Made by a program: the position numbers and the translations under genes. This document shows, piece by piece, positions 11,651 through 23,220 of a DNA stretch of 64,000 nt; within the stretch, counting starts at the first letter, position 1, and the number at the start of each line of letters is the position of its first letter. Origin of the DNA: Octopus sinensis (Eukaryota); contig NC_043001.1 of the NCBI RefSeq assembly GCF_006345805.1, positions 67,580,001 to 67,644,000 of the forward strand, given 5' to 3'. The notes under the pieces are model-generated. The model was not told where the DNA came from, ran no database searches, and saw nothing but the letters and a program-made list of their open reading frames with translations.

Positions 11651-13005
11651 CTTCGAAATTGCTTGCCTTGTGCCAAAATTGGAAACCATTATAAGGAGAA
11701 TGTGTGATGTTCATGCTTTTACATCTTTCTCAATGTTAGTAACTATATAATTGAAATGGACTCACTTCAACTAGTAATTGATACCAAGTCTGCTACTAAA
11801 GAGTTTTGTCTTTGTTGGTTCACTACCATAAAAGCCATAGCATCATTAAACTGAATTTTGTCAATTCTTTTCCATACCACATTTGAAAACTAGTCTCTTA
11901 TGATTGAGCCTCTTCATTATCACTTTACTGCAAAAAATAGCTGCTAAATCTTCTTCAAATTACACTCTAGCTGTCTTATGAAATGGGAGGATATATCGGA
12001 TATGTAATCAGATGTACATGATAATTGGAAAATTAACACAAGAAGGAATAGGATGTCATGATTAGAATATCTTTGATCCCGAGTCTGAATTCTAACCAAC
12101 ATAAAGTTTGTTGGATAAGGGCCAATTCAAGATCAACTACAATAACAACAACAGCATCATCTCTTATCAATGTGTGAGGATGTGATATTTTACTGGTGGT
12201 AGTAATCAGAAGTTTTGATATTCATAATTTACAGGTTTAGTAGGATCAGGAAAGGTAAATGAAATTAATTGAATCAACAAATGAAATTTTTTAGCTATTT
12301 CAACTCACCTTATGTTCATTATAAATTGAAGTATTGTTATATAAATCATGGTATTATAAAATAACAACCTCTAATATAATCTTTACATTCAGGTAAGCTT
12401 AATTTTATTTTCCAGTATACAAACATGGCTGATGTAAAAGTGAGCTACTGTCTCCTGACCACTGGTATTACTACTGTTTGGTAAAAACTATTTCTTGTGT
12501 TCTCAATGATAAACTAAATCTTCTCTAGAATTGATTTTGTTTTTATGTTTTAGTTTGTTTTCTTGAAAGAAACTGGAGCTTTATAGTATAAAAGGTTTTC
12601 AAATTATTTCTAAAGGCTCTAGGCAATCTATGCTGTCCACTTTGAAGATTGTTAAGTGTTTGCAAATGCAAGCTGAGAATTCATTGAACTTCCATATATA
12701 AACTGCAATTGTTACTGCCCAGAGGTTAAACATATAACTTGTACCAAATAACATATGCAACTGCTCTTGTTAAACATTATATCACTCAATATCGCATGTT
12801 TCCTGTTAGTACATTCACATCAATTATGGCGATTTTGCAGTGCAGTTTTAATCCTACTGTCCTCACTTGGCCAGATACTCAATGCACACAAAATAAAGCA
12901 AACTAGTTCACTACCATCGATATGTACCCAACAATGGACAATTGAGAAATAATTTCTAATGTACAAAAATTGTTATTGAAGGTACAGCCATACCTCACAC
13001 ACACG

Positions 13006-13036
<31 letters not shown>

Positions 13037-13037
13037 A

Positions 13038-13128
13038 AAGAGGAAAGGAAGCACACAGAGGAAAGGAAGCACACAGAGGAAAGGAAGCACACAGAGGAAA
13101 GGAAGCACACAGAGGAAAGGAAGCAGAA
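13038..13128. repeat. 18-bp tandem repeat (acagaggaaaggaagcac) x about 5
   Basis: Direct reading; gives GKEAHR repeats in a spurious ORF. Confidence 0.9.
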
Positions 13129-13316
13129 GAGTATAAATTTTCACAGAAAGATGATAATCTTTCTCTGGATTTACTACAATGTCATAATGTTTAATTATCT
13201 ATTATCAATTGAACTTTTAATTTTCATGATATATATTTCACTGATTTTTTACACATCTCTCTTCATATGAAGTATATGTGTGTTAATGTGTATACATACA
13301 TACATACATACATACA

Positions 13317-13349
<33 letters not shown>

Positions 13350-13352
13350 GCA

Positions 13353-13405
<53 letters not shown>

Positions 13406-13407
<2 letters not shown>

Positions 13408-13800
13408 TACTCTTTTACTCTTTTACTTGTTTCAGTCATTTGACTGTGGCCATGCTGAAGCACTGCCTTTAGTCGAGCAAATCGACCCCAGGACTTATTC
13501 TTTGTAAGCCTAGTACTTATTCTATCGATCTCTTTTTGTTGAATTGCTAAGTTACAGGGATGTAAGCACACCAGCATCGGTTGTCAAGTGATGTTGGTGG
13601 GGGACAAGCACAGACGCACAAACATATATACACACATACATATATATACATATATACGATGGGCTTCTTTCAGTTTCTGTCTACCAAATCCACTCACAAG
13701 GCTTTGGTCGGCCCGAGGCTTGCCCAAGCTGCTACGCAGTGGGACTGAACCCGGAACCATGTGGTTCGTAATCAAGCTACTTACCATACACCCACTCCAA
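13406..13800 (-). mobile_element. SINE family A, preceded by a (TACA)n tract at 13294-13405
   Basis: Reverse complement of 56282-56689 with an internal deletion; (ttttactc)n tail. Confidence 0.85.
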
Positions 13801-15104
13801 CTTATAATATATATATATATACCCACATATAAACTGACACACACACTGCAATGGCCAATAATGAGCAAATGATGAATAATAATGACCAAGAATTATCAAT
13901 GTATTTAAATAAGCTTAAATTAGTATTTTTGATTGATTTTTAATTTAATTTACATGACTGAAATTAAATTGATTGACTGATATTTAGAAAACACAAATTA
14001 TGTTTGTTATATTTTGCGGGTTTCTGTAATGTTTGGTTATGTCATTGTAAACTCTAAATATGTCTGAACTGAACCAATGAACTAGCTTCTATGTAGTCAT
14101 TCAGTTAGCTAGAAACAACAGCCAAATCTCTCTCATTTTTCATCTTAAAGGAAGGACACATTGGATAACATAGTCTTAGAAGATATATTGTCTGAAAGCA
14201 AAAGACAGTAAAGTAACTGGAACCTCTTTGATCATAAGTTTATTTGATGAAAGCTGACCCGGGGTTAAACAGTAATAACATGGTCACAGCTGGGTCTTCT
14301 TTAATCATAGATTTGCTTGATTAGAGTTGACCTAGGGCTAAACATATTACATTGATCATCAATAAATCTATGTTTAGAGATGGTGAAATCAGAAATCTGG
14401 GGGAAAACAGTTGCTGCTGCTCTACATCAGCAGCAGCATTTATATAGCTCCCCAACTACCCCTCATTAATTCTCTCCCCCTTCCTCTTTTTCATCCCCCC
14501 ATTTATTATCATGAAGAAACATTGTTATTGAGAACTACATAGAATCAATACACTGATATTCATCAATAGTCTTGCTCAATCGTTAAAACTAGATTTTCAA
14601 CTTCACATATAAGACATAAGAACTTGTAATAATGTTACTGTTGTTGAAAAATTATTCATACTAACTCTGTGTGTGTGTGTGTGTGTGTGCATGTATGTTG
14701 ATGTGTATGTGTAAATACAGCTATGTGTGTGTAAAAGATTTCTTTGAAATGTGTTCCTCTGTGATTGTGCATTTATATGTCGAAATAAGTATGCTTTTTT
14801 GTTTTGTTGTATTTGTTTTTGATTCTCTGTATGATTCTGTGTTTGTATATGTTTTTGTGCATATTTGCATACGTTTCTGTGTGTAAATATGTTTCTGCAT
14901 GTTTATGAAATTGTGTTTCTTTGCGTGGAATCTGTTCCCCCCCCCCTTTAAACCTGTAAAAGTGCTTGCATTAACCAGTGACTGGCAATAACTCTGTCCC
15001 TCTCACCCCACACCTCTTTTTCTCTCACTGTCTTCAACACACCCTCAATAAGCTGAATAAATATACATTATTGTAAAAACAATAGCTCTTGCAAGAAATG
15101 ATCA

Positions 15105-15470
15105 TTATTTAAATGGTTACCTTTCATGCTTGCATGGGTCAGACAGAATTTATTGAGGCAGATTTTCTATGGTTGGATACCCTTCTGTTGCCAACCCTCA
15201 CCAGTTTCCAAGCAAGGTTATATTTCTCCATGGCCAGACATCTTTTTGCAGAGCATTGGAAATAAATGACACTGCTTATAATATGAGAGTGACACTCATT
15301 TACATCTATTACACAATGTCAACATACACACATGATGGGCTTCTCTCAGTTTCTGTCTACCAAAACCACTTGCAAGGCATTGGTTAGCCCAAGGTTCCAC
15401 ACAGTAGGACTGAACCAAAAACCATGTGGGTGGGAAGCAGGAGTCTCAACTACACTGCATGCCTGTGCCT
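15105..15470 (-). mobile_element. SINE with family-A head and RTE-like tail
   Basis: Reverse-complement homology to the split element 2197-2399 + 6373-6600. Confidence 0.6.
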
Positions 15471-15759
15471 TTACATAACTGCAGATATATTGCTTCCTGT
15501 TTTGTATGATATAAAGGGCCTTACCTATTTTTCAGTGGTACATAAATCATACTACATTAGGTTTTAACACCATCACATGGCACATGGGGGCCTTTAATAT
15601 AATTCACTTAGTTGTAAGCATTCCCACTTGATTTTCAATTGGTGGTTACCTTTTGATGCACTGTCACCCTTTACACTTTCTGAAGATGCAAAAAACAAAA
15701 TTAATCAAAAATATAAATAAAAATAAAAATAAACCCACTGGACAATCTTCTCCCCTCTC

Positions 15760-17715
15760 ATCTAACAACCTAGATCTCACGCATCATCTTTTACTAACAT
15801 ACAAATTCATACTTTTCCTTTCTGAGACACAAATTTATCAATGCCTATCTATAATTCATCTCTCATGTCCAGGTTTTACACTCTTCTGAAATTTAATTCT
15901 GGCAGGGATGTCTGCACATATGTACTCTTCACTATCTTTGTCAATCACCTCCCTCACTTGGATTTCATTAATAATGACTTCCAGTCACTCTGACTCTGTT
16001 TCCCTCCATCACTTCATATAGATTTGCTCCCTCTACCTATCTTTTAACTTCTCAAGTCACCCAACATTTCTGCATTGAGGACATCAACCTCACTTATCCA
16101 CTAAATCCTCCATGACATCAAAAAAGCTCACAGCTCTTCTTGGTTCTTAGACTCATCCCTGGAAACTTTCACAATCCTCAACTCTTCTACAGCAACTGCT
16201 TCAACTCTGACTGACATGCAGATACTCCAAGTACCCTTGATGTCTATCTCACCTCAAATTCCACCCTCTACCAGACAGTGATTATCTGTATATATAAAGT
16301 CGTCCAACCACTCCTTCACTGAGACCAGCCAAAACATATCCACATATTACATAACGTTATCCATTCTTAGATCCTATAGCACTTCAAGCCAGCTGACTGA
16401 TCAGAGTTCTGCCAATTATGCCTGAGAGTACATGTGATACACCCCCTTACCTATCAGAAATGGGTTTGTTGCTGACTACATCTTAGACCTGTCCCTTTAC
16501 ATCCCACAAACAATATAAACTCAATGATCCATGTCCCCCAAGTGGTTCTCTCATAGCTGTGCTGCAGCTGTTCAGGAAAAATAGAAAAAAACATAACCTA
16601 CAACACTTTTTTGAAACTCTTACTTCCCCTAACTGGACAACATATACCCAGCACTGCAACTCTTGCAACACCCACTATCCGAACAATGAAAGCTGCCTTC
16701 ATACATAGCATTGCTCTAAAGGTATTGCACCTCTCAAACTACAGCTATATTTTCTGATCCCTTACCAAAAGAATCTCCCCTAACATTTTCTGAATTCTAT
16801 TTTCTTGTCAACAATGATGGTTCTGAGAGCAGTAATCCCTGCAGAGTGAAGGTGTGTGGCTTAGTCATTTGGATATTTGGCTCACGATCAAAAGGTCATG
16901 AGTTCAATTCCTAGTGACATGTTGTGTCCTTGAGCAAGACACTCTATGTCACATTGCTCTAGTCCACTCAGCTGGCAAAATGAGTAGTACCTGTATTTCG
17001 AAGGGCCAGCTTTGTCACATACTGTGTCACACTGAATCTGCTTGTGAACTATGTTTATGGTACATGTGTCAGTGGAGTATTCAGCCACTTGCACGTTAAT
17101 TTCACAAGCATGCTGTTCCATTGATCAGATCAACTGGAACCCTCATCATCGTAACTGAGAGAGTGCCAGTTAGTTAATCCCTTTGGAGAAAGTCTCTACA
17201 ATTGCTGTCTTCTTTATATCCAACTCTACAGCTCCAAAATTAAGAAATCTTTATATCTTTCCATTCCATTACGCTCGCTCCCACCATACATTCACTCATG
17301 CATACCAAGTGTGAAACTACCTTCAGCCACTTCAAACCAGCAAGGTTACCATCTCTAATAATGTCCCTTCTACTAACTTCAAACAATGCATGCCAGTGCT
17401 AACCCCCTATATTCACCAAACTCTTCAGTCTTCCCCTCTGTGTGAATATAAGAAGGGCAACCCATCTTCCCTTCCAACTATCATCCTATCACAATCTCTT
17501 TCAATATCTCAAAGCTAATATGATAAACCTTCTCTAAAACATTGAATCTCCCTCTCTCTCTCTTCTTAACTGTGACTAGCATGGTTCCTATAAACTACTT
17601 AGTTACTCATCAGTCAATATTGTTGTTGACCTTGACATAGCCGGAAGCAAAGTGGTACATTAACAACATCAATGTCTGTGAAAGCTGTTGGCATACCCTG
17701 TTCTTCAGATCAAGC
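15760..17715 (+). pseudogene. Highly decayed CR1/Jockey-group LINE (APE + RT relics)
   Basis: Relic motifs FLSETQI, GRDVCTY, STLDVYLTSN, SDY, PSNYHPIT and D*HGS appear in the expected order across frames; many stops; clade assignment is approximate. Confidence 0.6.
16841..17174 (+). mobile_element. tRNA-derived SINE family C, inserted into the LINE fossil
   Basis: Head tggcttagtc...gagttcaattcc; core gtgtccttgagcaagacact...ctagtccactcagctgg; possible TSD taatccct at 16833 and 17175; inverse copy near 63045-63320. Confidence 0.7.
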
Positions 17716-17731
17716 ACACAGAAAGACATTG

Positions 17732-17768
<37 letters not shown>

Positions 17769-17913
17769 ACATGCGTGTGTGTGTGTGTTCAAGTATGTTT
17801 CTGCCTCTGTGTGTATGTGTAAATATCTTTGTGTGTATATATGAATATATATATATATATGAAAAAACAAGTAAAAAATAGAAAATGCTAAAGTAATTTT
17901 ATAGTGAACATTT

Positions 17914-17951
17914 CAGTACCGGTTTCGGTCATTTTGAGACCTTTTCAACTG
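17914..17951 (-). ncRNA. Minimal type I hammerhead ribozyme (Penelope-type), U3-A8 variant
   Basis: Minus strand reads CAG UUGAAAA GGUC ucaaaau GACC GAAA C cg G U A CUG: 3-bp stem I, 4-bp stem II, palindromic stem III ACCGGU, GUA cleavage triplet. Confidence 0.75.
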
Positions 17952-18300
17952 TAACGATTAAATAATTAAATTTAGAAAAATTAGAAGAAAAGTTTTTTTA
18001 AAAGAATATTTCTATAGTAGTGTTCAGATTTAAGTGGCATTCTGCCTTTCTCTGACTCCCTTGTTTGCACTTGTGTGTTCGAGGTAGTTGTGAGCTCTTG
18101 GTAGGGTAGTAGAGAGAAGGCTGATGAGGAAAGGGGGGTGGGAGAATCTGGGAGTGCCCTGATGGTCGTATTTTGAATGGTCAGTGGCGGCTGGCAGTCT
18201 CAGTTCAATTCAGGAGAATATTTATATTGACAGGCTTCTTTATAGAATTAGCGTAGGTGTTATACTAAAAAACATTAGTGACAAACTTAAGGGGTAGGGG

Positions 18301-18545
18301 GTGGAGAAGAAGAAGAAGAAGAAGAAGAAGAAGGAGAAGGAGAAGGAGAAGATGACGATGATGGTGATGGTGGTGATGATTATGACGACGATGATGATGA
18401 TAACGATGATGATGAAGAAGAAGAAGAAGAAGAAGGAGGAGAAGGAGAAGATGGTGGTGATGATGGTGGCGATGATGATGATGCCGATGATGATGATAAC
18501 GATGATGATGAAGAAGAAGAGGAAGAAGAAGAAGAAGAAAAAACA
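18301..18545. repeat. Compound (GAA)n/(GAT)n trinucleotide tract inside the Penelope 3' region
   Basis: Direct reading; two similar blocks; source of the poly-K/poly-M ORF. Confidence 0.9.
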
Positions 18546-18666
18546 GAGAAGGGAGAATATGAATGTAAATATAGCTATGAAGGGGCTGATTAGTAATGGA
18601 TTCTATTGAGTGTAGTATTTGTGTGTGTATATATATTTTTTTCTTTTATTCTAAAGTTGAGGTATA

Positions 18667-19350
18667 TTAATTGTTTGTCGTAGACCCGTTAAGAAGTGGC
18701 TTGTATTTTGTAATAAAGAGATTTTCTTTACTTATTCGTTGTCTCGAGGTTGTATCGTCCCTAAATTGGTAGAGGGGAAAAATTCTGAAGTTTGGTGTTT
18801 TTTTGTTGGCGCAAGTATCTATGTGTTGGCTAAAAGCTATTTTTCTGTTTTGGGGAATTTTTATCTGGGATCTGTGCAGGGCCATTCGTTTACGCAAACC
18901 ATTTTTTGTTTGGCCTATGTACTGCTCTTGACACCCGGAGCAGGTTAGTGAGTATATTAGGTTCTCCGAAGCACATGTGAAGTTGCTTTTCACTGTAAAA
19001 CGTTGTCCCTGTTTGAAGGAGAACTCAGAACCCTCGATTAGATAGTCGCATATCCCGCAATTGGGTCTTCCACATTTTTTTACTGTCGGCTTCTGTGTTG
19101 AAGAGTGAATTCGGGCTTGTGTAAGGAGACTTTTCATGGATCTAGGCTGTCTTTTGCTTTTTATGATCGTGTGTGTTTGGAGGATTGTGTTCATTCTGTG
19201 GTCTTTTTTTAGGAGGGGTATGTTGTGGAGGATGGTGTCGAAGGCTTCGTTATTGAGAGGGTTGTGTGTGGAGATGTATGGTAAGGCTTTTGGTTGTAAG
19301 TTTTTCTTTGATTTGGGATGTCTCAGTTCCTTGATGTTAAGTTGAAGGGC
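18667..19350 (-). CDS. Penelope-like element C-terminal linker + GIY-YIG endonuclease (partial ORF)
   Basis: KKCGRPNCGIC Zn motif, NLIYSLTCSGCQEQYIGQT, LRKRMALHRSQI, KENLFITKYKPLLN; open over about 225 codons; the N-terminal YI repeats of the track ORF are microsatellite. Confidence 0.85.
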   Translation of the reverse strand, partial: ALQLNIKELRHPKSKKNLQPKALPYISTHNPLNNEAFDTILHNIPLLKKDHRMNTILQTHTIIKSKRQPRSMKSLLTQARIHSSTQKPTVKKCGRPNCGICDYLIEGSEFSFKQGQRFTVKSNFTCASENLIYSLTCSGCQEQYIGQTKNGLRKRMALHRSQIKIPQNRKIAFSQHIDTCANKKTPNFRIFPLYQFRDDTTSRQRISKENLFITKYKPLLNGSTTNN

Positions 19351-19358
19351 ACGTTGAA

Positions 19359-19418
<60 letters not shown>

Positions 19419-19446
19419 CATACATACATACATATATAATATTATA

Positions 19447-19485
<39 letters not shown>

Positions 19486-20189
19486 TATATATTTATATAT
19501 AAGAGGTTAGCTGAGTTAGCAGTTAAAATAACCGTCTAAGGGATAGAAGTATATAGGTAATATACACTACCGGTATATTACCTATGTTTAACCATGGGCA
19601 TACATATGCAAACATGTTATGCTCATAAATTATAGGTAAAGACAAGGATAAACATTTAAAGAAGATGGAAAATGGAGAAATATCTATGAACAATGATTTA
19701 CTTGCATCAATTATTTATTAATTAATTCAATACAAATAGAATGTGTCTTTGAGGTCAAAATTTCCATTTTTGATCTTTCAGCTATGGCACCCTCTCCATA
19801 CACAGCACAAATGTCGTGAGCAGGTTTTGTGGACTTAGAATGTTGATTAAAAGCAAAAAGAAGGAGGTGTCGAAAATGCTCGTTTTTCTTAACTTGACCT
19901 TAACTAGGAAATGAACAAAATAGATTCCAAAATGATTCGAAAATAGAATTCTCGAAAAAAATAGATTCCAAAACTTAAAGACGCAATAAATTCCAAAATT
20001 TAAAGGAACAGTGGGAACTTAGTTGCCAACCCAATATATATAAAAAGACAGGAAATGGAGAAATATCAATGAACAACAATATATAATGTACTGATCTGTG
20101 ATGGTAAGATTAATAAATAAAGTACTCCATCTCGTGGGAGATAAATATTATTTAATAAAAACAATATATGTTTTTATGTGCTACTATTA

Positions 20190-20273
20190 GTGCCCGATGA
20201 TTCTGTCAGGACACCCAACATGTTATAAAATACTGTCTGGCATGCTCTCAGCACATGAAACTAATAGTAGCAC
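20190..20273 (+). ncRNA. Degenerate type I hammerhead ribozyme
   Basis: GUGC CCGAUGA ... GAAA CU aau AG U A GCAC; core has U4C and stem II is poorly closed; lies within a 40-bp inverted repeat (20152-20191 / 20260-20299). Confidence 0.45.
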
Positions 20274-20340
20274 ATAAAAACATATATTGTGTTTATTAAG
20301 TGTGTGTGCGTGTGTGTGTGTGTGAGTGTGTGTGTGTGAG

Positions 20341-20374
<34 letters not shown>

Positions 20375-20909
20375 AAGAAATTACATATGAACTTTTTATA
20401 TGACTCTTTGCCCATTGTTTGGAGTAATTTAAATTTGTGTACATATGCTTAAGCATTTCAGGAAAATATCTAATCATAATGGTTTATCAATATATGTGTG
20501 TGTGTGCAGAATTATAGAGCAAATATAGACTCACGGTTATAATCAAATATATATATATATATATATATAAAATGAGATAGGGGTTGAACATTCAACCCAC
20601 CATGGGATAACATATATCCAATATACTGCTAGAGAGGTACCCAACAAGACTAATACATAAATGTTAAAAATTGCGGTGCAATTAATTCATCTACTGTATT
20701 ATGTGGGCAAGGATAAAAATATTACCGTAAATTAATAATACAAAATTAGAAAATGGAGAAACATACTTAAATCAATCAATCATCAACCATCAGATAATAC
20801 CCAATCAATACTTTATTACACCATTACATAACAGCAAAGACATTATACATAATATATTGTAAATATAGCTAGACATAGAAATATAAATATAAAATACAAT
20901 TACATCATA

Positions 20910-21020
20910 TCTGACAGCTGTTACGGCCGTGAGGACAAGTATGTCTCATTTAACCTATTAGCCACATAAAGTAGGTATAAATGAGACATTAACAAGGATG
21001 CCTCACGGCCTCTTCAGAGA
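20910..21020 (-). ncRNA. Hammerhead ribozyme-like motif with extended stem II (A13U core variant)
   Basis: UCU CUGAAGA GGCCGUGAG...CUCACGGCC GUAA CAGCUGUC AGA on the minus strand. Confidence 0.65.
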
Positions 21021-21153
21021 ATTAATATAAGTGTGAAAAAAATTTACATATAAATATAAAAATATAAAATATAAAAATGTGTGCATAGACACTCATAATT
21101 CTACACATATCTATATACATACACATACATATTAATACAATAATACAATTAAT

Positions 21154-21264
21154 TTTCTGAAGAGGCCGTGAGACATCCTTGTTAATGTCTCATTTATACC
21201 TGCTTTATGTGGCTAATAGGTTAAATGAGACATACTTGTCCTCACGGCCGTAACAGCTGTCAGA
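21154..21264 (+). ncRNA. Hammerhead ribozyme-like motif with extended stem II (A13U core variant)
   Basis: CUGAAGA at 21157-21163; 9-bp stem II ggccgtgag/ctcacggcc enclosing a second hairpin gtctcattta/taaatgagac; GUAA at 21250-21253; palindromic stem III ACAGCUGU; GUC triplet. Confidence 0.65.
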
Positions 21265-22118
21265 TATGATGTAATTGTATTTTATATTTGTATTTCTATG
21301 TCTAGCTATATTTACAATATATTATGTATAATGTCTTTGCTGTTATGTAATGGTGTAATAAAGTATTGATTGGGTATTATCTGATGGTTGATGATTGATT
21401 GATTTAAGTATGTTTCTCCATTTTCTAATTTTGTATATATATATATATATACACTTATAGAAAAACAAAAGACGAAGACAGGTGTATGAACAACAAGCAA
21501 GTGTATTAGTTTGGCAGTAGAGAAAAATGAAAAAGTCTTGAAATGAAAAAGTTTCAAGCCTACGCTTTTCAACAGAAAGGAATAAGAGAAAATATGCAGA
21601 GAGAGAATGAAAAAAACATGTAGAGTTCAGTGCTCCAGCATGGCGAATGATTGGGAAAAAAGAAGTTGAAAGACAGGGAGATAATAATAGTGACAGTGAT
21701 CCCAACAAGAGAAAGTGCATGTGCCAGTGTGTGTATGTGAGAATGGTATGTGTGTGTGCGTGCATGTGTGTATCTTTGACCAAACAGTGTGCATGTATAT
21801 GGTGTATGTATGTGGACAAAAGTTATCTTCTTCTATGTATGTTGTGTGTGTTATTACATATTGCATGTATATATATATATATACATGCACAGATACACAC
21901 ATACATGTGTTTAAGTACATGCACAAGGCATACATAAACACATGCATACATAAGCATTGCAACATTCAATTCAATAGCATGTTTATATTACAGTATAATC
22001 AAATTAATGCTTAGATCAAATTCATTTACTTAAAATGACATTTACATAAAGCATAGGTATATATTTCCCATGCAACGAGCACGATGAATATACATTATTT
22101 GTTTACATTAGCAATGGA

Positions 22119-22723
22119 TAGAAATCTGGTGCATTATGTCATCATAATTGGTGTTTATAGAAAAATTACAGAATATTCTCAATACATAAGAATTTATTTC
22201 ATCTCAATTAATTAAGCATTAAGTATTATTAATTATTGTTTAAAGTTTATATGAACGTAATATAATAGGCCAAATATAAAGTTTTATATGAGAAATATTC
22301 TGTTATTCAGTTATGTATAAATATAGAAAAGGGTATTATATTAGCTACAGATAGCAATCTGGAGCCTTATGTAATCACAATTAGTGTTTATTTAACCTAT
22401 TGCTATAATAAATTGAAATCAATATGCACCCATTTATTAGAATTTTCTTAATCCATTTAACCATAAACTCTACTGATGTAATTCGCTTATCCTATATTTA
22501 TACCTAACTGAATATTTTTGATTATATCTCTTATAATACATACTATATTCAACTTTATTACATTACATTAATAATTAAAATTCTGATTTAAAAAATCTGA
22601 AACATTAATTAATAATAATTATTAATTAATTTATAGAGATTAACTTAATCATTATGTATCGAATATGTTTTGTAACTATTTCTATAAACACTAATTGTGA
22701 TGACATAATTCACCAGATTTCTA
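22119..22723. repeat. Old ~600-bp AT-rich palindrome (foldback/MITE-like)
   Basis: Outer arms tagaaatctggtgcattatgtcatcataattggtgtttatagaaa / tttctataaacactaattgtgatgacataattcaccagatttcta; further inverted matches inward (22305-22330 vs 22490-22515). Confidence 0.75.
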
Positions 22724-22796
22724 GGCAGTTTAGCTTAAAGGTAACACACTTGATACATAATAACAGAGGTGTGAGTTCGAGTCTCATGGCTGGCCA
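22724..22796 (+). pseudogene. tRNA-like 73-nt sequence (tRNA pseudogene or SINE head; possible CAT anticodon)
   Basis: Intact T-arm gtgag-ttcgagt-ctcat, box A-like tagcttaaaggtaa, partial acceptor pairing, loop tacataa; D and anticodon stems defective. Confidence 0.4.
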
Positions 22797-23145
22797 GTAA
22801 TGAATTTTTCTGCAATATATGGATTGTTTATCCTGTTCATGTTAGTGTATTAGCATTATCATGCATTTGAGAATAAATTATATCTGTATCTTTCAATACA
22901 TTTCAATGCTTCTAAAGCAAACTTTGTTTGTTTACTTTCATTATAAGTTGAATTTATATATATATGATTATAATTGTGAGTATTTGCCCTATAATTCTGC
23001 ACACACACATATATTGATAAACCATTATGATTAGATATTTTCCTGAAATGCTTAAGCACATGTACACAAATTTAAATTACTCCAACTAATGGACATGGAT
23101 TAATATAAAAAGTTCATATGTAGTTTCTTTATATATATAAGGGTG

Positions 23146-23180
<35 letters not shown>

Positions 23181-23220
23181 AAAAAAATGAAGTTCGAAAA
23201 TGCTGCTATATTATACAATT

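Larger units (their letters stand above)
17880..19360 (-). mobile_element. 5'-truncated Penelope-like element (GIY-YIG endonuclease + 3' pseudo-LTR)
   Basis: GIY-YIG ORF followed downstream by a hammerhead-containing terminal region; bounded on both sides by TA-rich microsatellites. Confidence 0.85.
20738..21436. repeat. Large inverted repeat: 289-bp arms (20738-21026 / 21148-21436), 121-nt spacer
   Basis: Manual comparison found 4 mismatches, all transitions. Confidence 0.95.

Noticed and set aside
18301-18609. Poly-Lys/poly-Met 102-aa ORF
   Set aside because: Trinucleotide repeat inside the Penelope 3' region
21551-21575. Minus-strand ctgttgaaaagcgtaggcttgaaac as a functional hammerhead
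   Set aside because: Core altered (A6U), stem II imperfect, no stem III or cleavage site; counted only as a relic
22724-22796. Functional tRNA-Met gene
   Set aside because: D-stem and anticodon stem do not pair and the acceptor stem needs a gap; kept only as tRNA-like
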